A DNA stretch of 64,000 bases from Octopus sinensis (GCF_006345805.1 NC_042997.1:175150001-175214000); one strand, 5' to 3'; positions 49,182 to 62,150 are shown, counted from the stretch's first letter. Made by a program: numbers and translations. Notes: generated by a model from the letters alone, not told the origin.

Positions 49182-49734
49182 TTAAAGAAAGTTAAATGTA
49201 AATTGTTTTTGAAAGTTTCTTGGGCCAATGCACTGTTCTGCCCGATTTTGTAACATACGGTGTGCTCGGGGCACCCGTTGACGGCGAGGGTGGTGTTGTA
49301 GGAGCCGGTGAAGGTGTTTGTGCAGGTGAAGGCGTTTGTGCAGGTGAAGGCGTTTGTGCAGTGAAGGCGTTTGTGCAGGTGAAAGTGTTGTTAAAGGTGC
49401 ATAGGTGGGTGTGTCAAGGTTGTCATCAAAAGATGAAGACGTCTCAAAATGTGCCTTTTTTAAACGGTCCACGGAAACGGTCTCCGAACGACCATTTATC
49501 TCAATCGTGAAAACCTTTGGTGTGCGAGAGAAGCACACGAAAAGGTCCTTTATAGGGAGAAACAAGTGGGCCCTTCACAGAATCGTCCCGAACAAAAACA
49601 TGCGACCAGGTGTTCATATCCGGTGGAAGATGGGATGGTGGAGATTGCTTTCTGGGAAGCATGGGCGGAAGGTTTGAAAAATATTCCCGCAGTCTGGTGA
49701 CATAGGTCGCCGGATCATGGGGCGGGGAAGTGTT
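49182..49734 (-). pseudogene. Gypsy integrase C-terminal fragment (GPY/F region), frameshifted
   Basis: HDPATYVTRLREYF...HVFVRDDSVKGPLVSPYKGPFRVL/SRTPKVFTIEINGRSETVSVDRLKKAH. Includes an 18-bp tandem repeat at about 49305-49385. Confidence 0.9.
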
Positions 49735-50811
49735 TGAAACGTGAAAGGATCTATCATCGAAACACTGGCAGGGTGTCGAGATCCTTTCTAGTCACATACA
49801 AAAATTCTTGTAGAAAACAAACAGACGAAACTCAGGTTAAAGGTGAACAGACAACTTGGTTTATTGATTCATGGTTGTACGTTGTCTGATGGGGGAATAG
49901 ACAGCCTCTGTATACTGCTGGTGTTGGTCGTTGAGGTTGGTTGAAGTGGTTGAAGCTGGTGTGTGGCTGTCAGAGCCAGGAAAACCGTGACCGATCGCAG
50001 TGCTGTCTTGAGCCGAAGAGAGAGATTTGAGGTTCGCGGGCTCGAGAGATGTTTTCCCGCACATGCGCATGGGGAAGACTTCCGGTGGCCACCCGGAAGT
50101 AGTCCCATTCTGCGCATGCGCGCCGAACCCTACACTGTAGCATCACTACAAGTACATTTATCTCACCTTTCCTAGGTTATCCTCTTCAGTAAACTAATAC
50201 CCACAACTCATGTTTCTCACATTCATTCCACAATTATTTCTGTCAGTAACTAACACCTCAAACACCCTTCAGCTCATTCTTACCATTACTGTCTCTGCAC
50301 CTATTGGGTCATCTGACCACAGCCTCCTTGCTACCATCCAAGTCACAGTCAAAAAGTATCCCAAGTTGTTGCACTAGACCTCAAAGCCCCAAGTATTCCT
50401 ACTATTACTGAATAATTAAGTGATACTCATGAAGGTGCTTCACTGCTTCTGTGCTTAAGCCTTCAGATCACCTGTGGTGATACTTTGAGTATTTTGTGTT
50501 GCCTTAATCCTTTAGAATTTCAACTGGTCATATTCGGCCAAAATATTCCATCCGTTTTATGTTCAAACTGGGCAGATTGGGCTTCTCACACCAACCCTAC
50601 AATATCATCCTTAAAATTAACAGTTACCTCATCAAAATCTCAAAGATACAAGATAATGCATGATTAATTCAAAACAATGTGAATAAATGAGCCTCGTATT
50701 TGACAGACTAATCTGAATGCTAAAGGGTTAAAAATGTTTATAGAAAAACACCAGTATTCCTTGTTGCAGTGCCAATTTAAATAGTGTATATGACTGCCTA
50801 ATTCAATTTTC

Positions 50812-50958
50812 GGAGTGGTTGGCGTTAGGAAGGGCATCCAGCTGTAGAAACTCTTCCAGATCAAGATTGGAGCCTGGCACAGTCATCTGGTTTGCCAGTC
50901 CTCAGTCAAATCATCCAACCCATGCTAGCATGGAAAGCGGACATTAAATGATGATGAT
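50812..50958 (+). mobile_element. Family D 3' fragment
   Basis: Family D tail motif. Confidence 0.8.
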
Positions 50959-51459
50959 TGTCTATTTATGTTGGTAAATTAAATAAACTTCATTATTATA
51001 GAAGAAATCATCATCATCATCATTTTCAATGTCCACTTTTTCCGTGTTTGTATGGATCAGAGTTTACTGAGGCAGATTTTCTACAGCCAAATGCCCTTCC
51101 TGATACCAGCCTTCACCTGTTTCCTAACAAGGTAATGTCTCCCAATGACCAGATATGTTTTTGCAGAATAATAGAAATGAATGACACTATTTGTATGACA
51201 GTGACACTCATAAACAACTATTGCACAATGTTAAGACAAAGAGATACAAACATTCACACACTCACTTTCACATATATACATACATATATGGCAAGCTTCT
51301 TTCAGTTTCTATCAACCAGATCTACTCATAAGGCTTCAGTTGGTCCAGAGTTGTAGTAGAAGACACTTACCTAATACACCTTTCAGAGGGACTAAACTTG
51401 AAATCGTGTGGTTGGGAAACTAACTTCTTAGCCTCACAGCCACACCTGCATTATGAGCT

Positions 51460-51771
51460 GAGACCCCCTTTGGTCATGAATGACCATGGGATTGCACCTA
51501 GAAAGTTAACCTTCCAGGCACAAGTCCAGGCAAGGTTGTTTATGGAAGACCAGCAGTCACCCATGCATACCAGCCACCCCTCTCCACACCACCAGTGTTA
51601 TCCAAGGGAAAGGCAAAGGCTTGGAACCTGTGACATCACAACTCATTTCTACAGCTGAGTGAACTGGAGCAATGTGAAATAAAGTGTCTTGCTCAAGAAC
51701 ACCACACGCAGCCCGGTCCAGAATACAAACTCACACCCTCGCAATCGTAAGCTCGACGCTCTAACCACTGA
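51460..51771 (-). mobile_element. SINE family C
   Basis: Reverse complement of 16441-16774. Confidence 0.85.
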
Positions 51772-51824
51772 AAGAATGTTGTTTCATCATCACCACCTAT
51801 CAACATTGCAATATTCTTTTCCAC

Positions 51825-52260
51825 TCTAGGCACAAGGCCCGAAATTTTGCGGGAGGTGGGGGGGGCAGTCAATTAGATCGACTCCAGTATGCAACTGGTA
51901 CTTAATTTATTGAACTCAAAAGATGAAAGGCAAAGTCAACCTCAGCGGAATTTGAACTCGGAACGTAACGGCAGACGAAATACCGCTAAGCATTTTGCCC
52001 CATGTGCCAACATTTCTGCCAGCTCGCCACCTTCTCAACACTGCAATATTGTCTCAATGATGAAGGCAGCAAGCTAGCAGAATCCTTAGCACACTAGGCA
52101 AAATGCTTAGTGGTATTTTGTCCATCATTATGTTCTGAGTTCAAATTCTGTCATGGTTAACTTTGCCTTTCATCTTTTCAGGATTGACAAAATAACTACC
52201 TATCATGTACTGGGATCAATGAAATTGACTTTCCCCCTCCCTCAAGATTATTGGGCTTGT
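51825..52260. mobile_element. Two SINE family F copies head-to-head
   Basis: Minus copy at about 51825-52032; plus copy at about 52062-52260. Confidence 0.75.
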
Positions 52261-54018
52261 GCCAAAATTTGAAACCAATATTGTTTCAAAGATCACTTTA
52301 TGCACATCCCCATTTTCTCAACAATAGTGAACTTTTAATCTCAGTCTCAGTTAAGCTTGCTTCCCAACCACATGGTTCGGGGTTCAGTCCCACTGCATGG
52401 CAGCTTCGGCAAATGTTTTCTACTACAGCCTCAGGCCGACCAAAGCCTTGTGAGTGGATCTAGTAGACAGAAACTTAAAGAAGCCCATCATATGTATATA
52501 TAATTTTTTTTTTTTTCATAATGAGATAACAAAAACAGTAGATTTTATAAATGTTCTAAAATCTGCTCAGCCTTGGTTTTTACAAAAAAACAAAAAACAA
52601 AAATATACACATGCTGATATATAACCAATGTTAAACCCCTTATTCGCAAAATCACCGAACTTGGAACTTAACTATGGTCTATCTATAGCACTTATTCAGC
52701 ATTACCTGACACCTTTGGGTCTCAATGACACCATAACCTCCATTTCCCGCTATATATATATATATTTATATGTGTGTGTGTCTGTGTTTCTCTGATCCCC
52801 CCCTTCCCCATGTCATTGCTTGACAACTGATGTTGATGTGTTTATGTTCCCATAACTTGGCAGTTTGGCAAAAGAGACCGATAGAATAAGTACTAGGCTT
52901 ACAAAGAATATGTCCTGTGGGTGATTTCTTTGACTGAAACCTGTTATGGCAGTGCTCCAGTATGGTTGCAGTTAAATGACTGAAAGAGTATCGTCATTTT
53001 CACAAGAATAATAAATTTTTATTTTCTATTAATTTTGCCACTGGAAATACATGTGAAATATAATACATACAGTATTTAAGTTATCCTATCTTTTATATGA
53101 AGTGATTCAGGAATAAAACCACTGGAAGACAAAAAAAAAAGGAAAGGAATAACAGACAGAAGTTGGAATGATACACAAAGCGATTCCAGCACAAAGTAAA
53201 CAACTAACCAGAAAGTCATGTCAGCTCTTCCTGTTGCCCAATAACATTGCACTTAAACACACGAAAGTTAGGAAAAAAAATATATGGCCATCATGAGAAC
53301 CAATCAAAATGCTTCAGAAAAAGTTGTCAAGCAGGCTGGAAATAAGATAACAAAATACAAATTTCTGTGTAAAGCTTACAGCATGAAATTTTTTCACCCA
53401 AAAACATAATACCACCATGAGATCTATTGAGATCTGTCCTGTTTCAAATGCATCAATGGAAATTATTAAATACAGTCATTATATATCATGTAACAATGTG
53501 TGTGTATGTGCATTTTTAAGTGTTTATGCATAAACTCCATTTATTTATTTATATATTATACAAAAAATTCCACGTAAACCCGAAGTTTCTACCTTTAAAA
53601 ACAAGGAGTTACAACCCCTTTACTTGTGTGATATTTTGCTACCCTGGTAACTATTTATCTATTTTTTCCGTGTTAATTGTTAACAAGGGAAAAATACACT
53701 CATCTATTTATAAATACATACATATATATATATATATATAATATATATATATATACATACATACATACATATCCTTAAGGGATTTTATCTTGCAAGTCCT
53801 TGGTGTCCTTACTAGTAGTGGTGGGGTGCATGAAAAAAATTGCCTATTGCACTCTGTAAAGTAGTTAGTGTTAGAAGAGTATCCACTGTAAAAGCCATCC
53901 CAAAGCAGGCATTGGAGCTCAGTGCAGTTCTCTGGCTTGCTGGTCTTGTTGAACCATCCAACCCATGCTAAGATATATGTAATGTATGTGTATATATGTA
54001 TGTATATATATATATATG

Positions 54019-54138
54019 GCTTATGGCCATATCACGTTGAAAGCACTGGTTATTGTCTGATCACCGAAGTTAAGCAACGTTGAGCCTAGTTCGTACTTAG
54101 ATGGGTGACCGCTTGGGAAACCTACGTGCAGCAAGCAT
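54019..54138 (+). pseudogene. 5S rRNA-derived sequence (120 nt), head of a candidate SINE3
   Basis: GCTTATGGCCATATCACGTTGAAAGCAC...GATCACCGAAGTTAAGCAACG...GTACTTAGATGGGTGACCGCTTGGGAA...GCAAGCAT is collinear with metazoan 5S. Several CpG-type changes; no oligo-T terminator follows. Confidence 0.93.
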
Positions 54139-54444
54139 AGCACATTGTTAATAGCAGTGCCTCAGCATGGCCACAGCTTGTGAGCTGAAACTAGATAAAA
54201 TAAAAAATATAAAATGAATATATATGTATATATAGGTCAACATTCCTATCTGATTGGAATGTTAGTCTGTTACAAGGTTACCCATTCACAGCTGTGTGAA
54301 TTGGAGTGACATCAAATGAAGTGTTTTGATTAAGAACACAATATGCTGCCCAGTCCAGGAATCAAACTCACAACCTGACAATTGTTAGTGTAATACCCTA
54401 ACCACTGGGCTATGTGCTCTCACACACCATATATATTTATGCGT

Positions 54445-54828
54445 GTCCATGGCTCACAGGACGGCCTACTGTGCTAACCTTGGATCGTAGAGTGACCCGC
54501 CGTTCTTGAGGAGCCCTATTGAGTCAAGTACGTTAACACCAACATCAAAATGAAAATCAAATGGAAATTGTAGTTAAGATATCTGTGCCGGTGACATGTT
54601 AAAAGCACCATCCGAACATGGCAGTTGCCAGCACTGCCTGACTGGCGTCTATGTCGGTGACACGTAAAAGCACCCACGACACTCACGGAGTGGTTGACGT
54701 TAGGAAGGGCATCCAGCTGTAGAAACACTGCCAGATCAGACTGGAGCCTGGTGCAGCCTCCTGGCTTCCCAGACCCCGGTCGAACTGTCCAACCCATGCC
54801 AGCATGGAAAATGAACGTTAAACGATGA

Positions 54829-54831
<3 letters not shown>
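54445..54831 (+). mobile_element. Family D element, longest copy
   Basis: Extra 5' sequence, GCACGTAAAA modules and the family D tail. Confidence 0.85.
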
Positions 54832-54871
<40 letters not shown>

Positions 54872-55289
54872 TAAAGTAATTTATCTTTATATATAGGCAT
54901 ATATATATCTATGCATTATAGATAGATAAGTAAGTAGGTACGTACGTACGTATGTACATAGGGAGGCAGGCATATTGACATACACATGAATATAGATTGA
55001 GATATAAATATAGATAAGGATATATGTATATACACTTGTGTATGTATATATGCATTTATTTATATTTCTATCTATATGTATATATATTATATATATATAA
55101 ACATAAACACACACACACACATGAACAAATTTTATAAGTTTAGCTTTAAAATTCTTCTGTCTAATGTGCCTAATTTAGCCTCTATTAAGTCAACTACAAA
55201 TCGCTCTAAATTAAACAAGTGTGATATGAATTCTAAACACATCAAGAATTTTAGCTTTAATAATAATACTGTATTGGTTTCAAATTTTG

Positions 55290-55490
55290 ACATGAGGCTA
55301 ACAATTTCAGGGGAGTGAGTAAGTCGATAAATTATTCCAGTGCTTGACCGGTACTTGTTTTATTGATCCTGAAAGGATTAAAGGCAGAGTCAATCTTGAT
55401 AGAATTTGAACTCAGAATGTAATGATAGACAAAATGCTACTAAGCATTTTGCCTAGCATGCTAATGATTCTGCCAGCTTGCCACCTATGA
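55290..55490 (-). mobile_element. SINE family F, diverged
   Basis: Family F motif. Confidence 0.7.
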
Positions 55491-55494
55491 TTGA

Positions 55495-56010
55495 GTTATA
55501 ATAATGAAGTTATTGTATACAGTGCTCAGGTGCACCACAACTTATCAAAAGTGCGTATAAAGCATATGCAGTAATGTACAAATGCCTGGAAAGTGAACAG
55601 TGTATGAGTCAGATACATGCTTGCATGTGTATGGAGGCGAGAACATCAGGTGTAGTGTTGGCGAATCTCAGGAAGTTTTGAAGAATGCAGTCCTCCGACA
55701 ACTAACAACTGATGCCGGCAGTTTGTTCCATACTTCAGCAACTCTTAGCATGAAAAAATGTTTCCAAACGTCATGGGAGCTGTGCTGTTTTCTGACTTTG
55801 TAAATATGTCCACAGGTGTTAGACAGGTGGAGTTTGAAAAGTTGCTCAGAGTTATTGTTCGTAAGATGGTTAATAATTTTATGGGTGTCTGCCAAGTCAG
55901 CTGCCAGACGTCGGAGTTTCAATGTATCAATGCCCAGGGAAGTAGGTGTTCAGAATATCGCAAATGCCTGATGGAGGGTATTCTCTTGGGTGCACATTGC
56001 TGAACAGTTA
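55495..56010 (-). mobile_element. CR1/L2-group LINE 3' fragment
   Basis: LRRLAADLADTHKII...TCGHIYKVRK...KHFFMLRVAEVWNKLPASVV matches the CR1 ORF2 C-terminal pattern RRLxGDL..xRGH..xFFxxRVxxxWNxLP. Confidence 0.85.
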
Positions 56011-56046
56011 GTATATTAATGGTGGTACTGATAGTAAAAATGTGTG

Positions 56047-56285
56047 GAGGTGCATGGCTTAGTGGTTAGGGTACTGAACTCATGATTGTAAGGTTGTAGT
56101 TTTGATTCTTGAACTTTACGACACATTGTATTCTTGAGCAACACTCTTCATTTCACATTGCTTCAGTTCACTTAGCTAACAAAAATGAGTAATCTTGTGA
56201 TGGCCTAATATCCTCTCCAGGTGGGGAATATATATACACAATGGAAACCAGGAAACTGGCCTTATGAGTCTATATGACTTGGGAA
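56047..56285 (+). mobile_element. SINE family B, diverged
   Basis: GGAGGTGCATGGCTTAGTGGTTAGGG...TTGAGCAA...AAAAATGAGTAA. Confidence 0.75.
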
Positions 56286-56525
56286 AGAACTTATCTTTTA
56301 CCACTTTCTACTATAGGAAAAGCCCTGAAATTTTGGGAAGAGGGGGAAATCAAATACTTCAACCCCAGTGTTCAAGCCTGAAAGTCAAACTTGGAATTTG
56401 AACTCAGAATGTGAATATGGATGAAATTCTGCTAAGCATTTTTCTATGTATATATGTATGTATGAATGGAGGGATTGATACAGTTTTCTGTTGAATTATG
56501 TTGTATATATATATATATATACAGG

Positions 56526-56948
56526 CAGTGATGGATTAACCATTAAGCGGAAAAAGCATGTGCTTAGGGCATCAAGGGAAGGAGGGGGCACCACAGAAAT
56601 GGTAAATGATTTACTGCACTAAAGAAATCACTTTAAACTTGCTAAAATAATATTTGGGATGCCTTTATCTCTACTAACGGTAGATGCAGATGTGTTACCT
56701 AAGATTAATTTTGAGGACCTGATCAAAGACTTTGCAATTCAAAAATGTAGGAGGAAACTTTTTAAATATAAATAATGTGGAAGTATACAAAAATAAACAT
56801 TATTTTTCCTCTTACTGTTTTGTTTCATTTTGAAAAGATAAAAATTTATTTTATGGTTTGTTATTGTTTATATTTTGAATTACATAATCTTTTATCTTTT
56901 AAAATCTTTTAAGTGCTTAGGGCCTCAATAGGTCTTAATCCGGCCCTC
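56526..56948 (+). mobile_element. hAT-derived non-autonomous element (about 423 bp)
   Basis: Termini CAGTGATGGATTAA / TTAATCCGGCCCT. Internal LSLLTVDADVLPKINFEDLIKDFAIQKCRRKLF* resembles a hAT transposase C-terminus. Confidence 0.75.
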
Positions 56949-56952
56949 TATA

Positions 56953-57819
56953 CTGCGTGTGATGAATAAACTGTCATCTAAATTATGCGAAAATGAAAAT
57001 AACACTGACATCTCATTTTAACAGATATATTTACCAAAATTACATAAAAATATCTTGAAATACTAAAGAGTAAATTTATTCAATAAAATCGCCATTGGCT
57101 TCAACCACAGCCACCAGAAGACTTCAGAATCTCCTGCAACTCTTCTGGATGGTTTTCTTGCCTAAGTTGGTGAATGCTGCCATAATCCTTGCCTTCGGTT
57201 CATCTTTAGTTTTACGAGGAGTTTTGTTGGTCTCTCGCTCAACTGTGCCCCATACATAATAATGAAGAGGTTTGCAGTTAGGTGGTCAGATGTTAGGGTT
57301 GATGTGTGGTTGCAAAAATTGTCTGACAGTCATGACTGGGTTCTCTTGCTTGTGTGGCATGGTGCAGAGTCCTGTTGCCAGACACAGAGTGTTCCAGCAG
57401 CCATCCTCTTGACTCAGGGTAGCACTACCATCTCTAGGCATTTGATGTAGGATTTCGTGTTGAGTGTGAGACTGTGTGGGAAGATGAATGGAAGCATAAC
57501 ATCGCCATCATTACTGATCACTCCAAACACCATAATGCTGACTGGATGTTTTATTTTTATTATTCTTGGTACATGTCCTCAGATTGACACCCAAGCACTC
57601 TGAAATGTTTGTATTGGAGTTTCTAGCGCAAATGTCAAGCAGTACAGCATATTGTTTCTAAATTTCTGGCTGAGTGAATTGCATCATGGTGCTGTTTTTC
57701 TCACAGGTGGTACCCAACTGATCCTACTATCCTGTGTAGTCAACAAAATCAAAAACAAACAATGCACCATGTGTAAAATTGAAAATATAAAATGGCAACA
57801 ATTTACACATCACATCCTG
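56953..57819 (-). mobile_element. Internally deleted maT (DD37D) Tc1/mariner element
   Basis: Reverse complement of 62960-63828; TA-flanked; WQQDSAPCH motif. Confidence 0.8.
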
Positions 57820-57825
57820 TATATA

Positions 57826-57865
<40 letters not shown>

Positions 57866-58562
57866 CAACAGCTCCTATTTATTATGTTAGCTACACCCTA
57901 ATAATACCAAATTATATATATGTATATACATGTATATAATCTTTTTGTATACATTGTAGCAAGACTCAAATCTGAGTCAAATTGCCATCTTAAAATCATG
58001 GCATAGCAACAGTTTATTCATGTGAGCAACTGAGTTATGGATCAATTAGCAGCTAAATGTGATGTGTTAGATCATTGTAGGAGCTTCCAGAATATTCTTC
58101 TTACAAGGCTTTTGAATTGGCACATTTTGAGTACAAACTTCGACTGGGCAAGTCATCGCTCTTACTAGGCACATTTGCAGAATTCATCTCACACTTCACC
58201 TTGCACCATTGTGTGTGGCAGCTTGCAGCTCAGCTATCCACATATTCTCTTACTAATTTTGAAAATCATTTATCACAGCTTTTATTCAACTTTGATATGC
58301 TGTCACAGTTGGCCAATATCAGTCTATGTATATTTTCTCTTGACTTGGCAGCCTAGTTACAGAGCCTTCTTAATCGACTATTTGTAAGAGCTACAGAATT
58401 ATTCTTTGCAGTGTATAAACTTTGTTGTTGCAATTTCTAATTCATGACCAACACAAAAAAATTATCTGTGCAGTGAAATAAAATTCTGTTAATTTTTCGC
58501 GAGCTATTGTTACATCATTTACATGCACCACACACACATTTCCTTGCAACAACATCAAATTA

Positions 58563-59438
58563 CAAGGTGATATCAAAAGGTTCCTGGAATAGTTCTGTAA
58601 CATGCCAACAGATGGCAGCACACAGTTGCATGTATAGTGAGAGCTAGCAGTGACCTTCATGAGACAGTGTGCCAAATGACATCGCTGTGTTTACTTCGCA
58701 AGTTATGAAATTTGTGATCATGTGTATGGTGTAGTCTGCGATTTTTGCCACGGACAGGAACAAGAAGCCAACATGAAATTTTGTGTTACACTTGGGAAGT
58801 CTGCTACAGAGACATTGAGCATGCTTCAGCAAGCCTATGGTGATGAGGCAATGGGTTGCATGCAATGTTTTGAGTGGCACAGGCGCTTTAAAAGTGGAAG
58901 AACATCCCTGAAAGACCTGCCACAAGCGTCATCCCCAGAAATGTGGTATTGTGCATCGAGAATTCATCCCCCAGGGCCAGACCATCAATCAAGATTTCTA
59001 CTGCAACATTTTGAAGTGTTTGAAGGAGGACATTCGGCGAACCAGATCTGTGGAGTGCGAAGAATCGAATTCTTCACGACGACAACCCACCCAGTCAATG
59101 AGCACCCCTCGTGAGTTTCTCACCAAAAACAACATCACATCGTTTCTGCACCCACTCTATTCACTAGATTTAGCACCTATGGACTTACGTCTCTTCCTCA
59201 AGATGAACATACAGCTCAAAGATCGCCATTTTAAAACCGTTGTTGAGATCCATCGCAAATTATGGAATGTTATTGACTCTCTTATGGAAAACGACTTCTA
59301 GGCCGGATTCCAAAAGCCGCTGGAACTGGCGTAGTGCTGCGCAAGGTGATTATTTCGAAGGAGATGCTGTGCAAATTTACGTAAATAAGCTGTTTTTATT
59401 ACACATATCTAGTCCCAGAACTTTTTCATACCACCTTG
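58563..59438 (+). mobile_element. Internally deleted mariner transposon (876 bp)
   Basis: TA TSD and ~30-bp TIRs (CAAGGTG.TAT.AAAA.GTTC). N-terminal HTH EQEANMKFCVTLGKSATET...FEWHRRFKSGR is fused to GIVHREFIPQGQTINQDFY...HPLYSLDLAPMD. Confidence 0.92.
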
Positions 59439-59691
59439 TACATTGCCCATTGTGTCTTGAAACGACTGAGACTTAATAAACTAATGAAATATTAAAGGAA
59501 ATACATGAATAAACGTTATAGATTTAAGAAGTATCGAATGTTAAAAAACGGTAACATTTAAAAGTACATTGGTTGTGATGTAAAGTCCTAATATTTGTGC
59601 TAACGGCTCCAGGCTAAAATTCTAGTCAGCAGAAAAGAAATTGTTCAAAAGTTCATATTTTCCACTTTATTTTTATTACCGATTATGTGGA

Positions 59692-60025
59692 AGCACTCCG
59701 TCGGTTACGACGATGAGGGTTCCGGTTGATCCGAATCAACGGAACAGCCTGCTCGTGAAATTAACGTGTAAGTGGTTGAGCACTCCACAGACAAGTGTAC
59801 CCTTAACGTAGTTCTCAAGGATATTCAGCATGACACAGATAGTGACAAGGCCGGCCCTTTGAAATACAGGTACAACAGAAACAGGAAGTAAGAGAAAGTT
59901 GTGGTGAGAGTACAGCAGGGATCACCACCATCCCTTGCCGGAGCCTCGTGGATCTTTTAGGTGTTTTCGCTCAATAAACACTCACAATGCCCGGTCTGGG
60001 AATCGAAACCGCGATCCTATGACCG
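59692..60025 (-). mobile_element. SINE family A (head A + tail A), lacking the A box
   Basis: Head matches 2391; tail matches 19932-20115. Confidence 0.85.
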
Positions 60026-61049
60026 ATTATAATATTCTTTAACTTACTTTCTCTCACTTTGTATAGGTCATTTTATGTACATAAATCGAGGGATAGACAC
60101 TTGGTTCCCGATAGATATGGAAACAATAAATTCCAAATTACATGCATGCATAAACAAACACACCTACATAGACTCTCTCTCTTTCTCTTCGATAATTCGT
60201 TTACTTTGAATGAATTAAAACATTAAAACCAAAAAGGAAAAAAAAAACTAGAGTTACCTCCCTTGAACAATTAAATAGACCAGACGTTATTTGCGTTTGA
60301 CAAGTTATTTCAGTTAACAACAATAGTAACATTTCTTGCCCAAGAGATTGTTATTATCTCTTTACATTTTTAATATAGATTTCTTTCACAGCTACATAAG
60401 GCCACAAATTTGGAACAGTGTTGTTTTCCTGATTTTTTTTTGTTGGTTGGTTCTAAAGCTAGGAGTTGAACCCATTTCTTTCTCAACCTCTCTGAGACCG
60501 GTGAGATAGACGCGGTTAATATTGGTTGACGACTGTGGTGGGGGAAAAGAACATGGATACAAAAAGAATTCTAGTAGGATAACTTTGAAGAGAAGAACGG
60601 GACGTAGCAGTTTGTGCGGGGGCTTCCAAGTTGGCAAAGTAATGGGAGACTAGTAGTAGGCCGAGATTATCTGAATGTAGACTGTAGGAGCTCTGAGCAG
60701 CAAAGACCGTTGAAGTAGCGATGATAACAGAACATATCACTAGGATTTGAGAATTTGCATCACCCCGAAAGAATGAAATGCTTATGAATGTCGGTTTTGA
60801 GGGTGGGGGTTAACATACAAATCATGGTCTTTATACATTGTTTCTATATTTTGTAATATTTTGTTGTTGTTTCATTTTGGTACGTCTCAAAATTCTTCAG
60901 TTTCATTCTTTTCTCTTCGGTGTTTTAATGCCCTCACTTTACTATTATCTCACTTCTGCTTCACGCTGGTCTGGCTGGATTTAACATTGGTGGTTTGTTG
61001 AAGGGGAAGAAAAATAAAATAAAAATGAAAAAGTTTTGGGTTATGCGGC

Positions 61050-62150
61050 GGTGACCAAGACACCTGAATGGTTAAACGATTGTTACATCCTACCATCATT
61101 TCTCCTCCCGCTCCCAACCTCCTCCGTCACATTCTTGGGGAGTTAACTCGAATCCCCACCCCCTATCTCTTCTATCGTCAGATTCGGCCAGAATTAGTCC
61201 TGCTCATCCTTTTATTCACCCCCACAACTCCTGTTGCAGCCAGCCTGCCGCCATCTCCCCCTTCCTCCCACCCCAGCTGAACCTCACCGCCAGTGTTAAT
61301 GCTCTTCATCCAGCTCCCTCTCTACATCCATCACTAGCTTTCCCCCCACCTCCACTTATTCACCTCACCTCTCCTACAACAGCCACCCTGCCTCCTGCAC
61401 CCACCCGAGTCCCACCAGAGTTAATACTGTTCACCCATCTACCCCCTCTACTTCCAGCGCCAATCTTCCACCACCACGATCGCCTCCCCATCTGAATTCT
61501 AATTCTAATGCCGACCCCACTGATGCTGCCAGTTCACTTCCAAGCTGTATTTTCTGCACCCGTACAAGTCGCTATTTGGAGGCCATCAAATGCTACTTGT
61601 GGAGTCTAAGTTACCACAAGAGCTGCGTTGGCATTACTAAGGTTCAAGCCGAAAGGTTTTCAAACCGGACATGCAACTAATGCTACTCCAGCTCCGACAT
61701 ACTTAGGACAGAACCTTGTTCTATTGTCCAGATCCCTGTTGAGGATATTGCTGTCGTCCTCTAGGGCTTGTTCAAGTAGAAGCTCGTCAACCGGATCACT
61801 AAGGGAGCTCGGACATGTTCCACCTATGTACCCTCGAAGCTGTTGAAGAATGTCTGCCTATCCAACAACACTTTGGATAGGCAGAAATTGTTCCTATTTC
61901 CTCTGGTCTCTCTCCACGTAGCGAACGTGAATACTGGATCCCTCACATCTTCCCCAAAACAGCAGTTTCAGCTGTTCGAGTTCGACCCAACCACTGTTCA
62001 TCTCAGGTCGGTGAGGGCACAACCCCGAACAATGGCTGACCATCTAACTTAAACAAGGCTGTTAATGTCAAATTCAGCGAATCTGACATTAAAGGGACTG
62101 TTCTCCTCCTCTCATCTCTGTCCTCTCTCTCCCAGCGTACCACAGACTGC
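61050..62150 (+). mobile_element. Decayed N-terminal part of a probable CRE-like non-LTR ORF with a PHD-like finger
   Basis: One frame from 61501 with stops: CIFC...AIKCYLW..YHKSCVGITKVQA...CN*C, then RITKGAR...KLLKNVC...KLFLFP. The clade assignment is from memory. Confidence 0.5.

Larger units (their letters stand above)
48647..50150 (-). mobile_element. Internally deleted Ty3/Gypsy LTR retrotransposon (1504 bp)
   Basis: LTRs at 49735-50150 and 48647-49064 (TG...CA), 4-bp TSD AGTA, PPT GGAGGGGAG before the 3' LTR, and an integrase C-terminus between the LTRs. Confidence 0.95.

Noticed and set aside
54019-54138. Functional 5S rRNA gene
   Set aside because: Single copy, mismatches in helix I, CpG-type decay and no terminator.
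60392-60740. Two overlapping minus-strand ORFs
   Set aside because: No identifiable motif; possibly decayed TE sequence, but not assignable.
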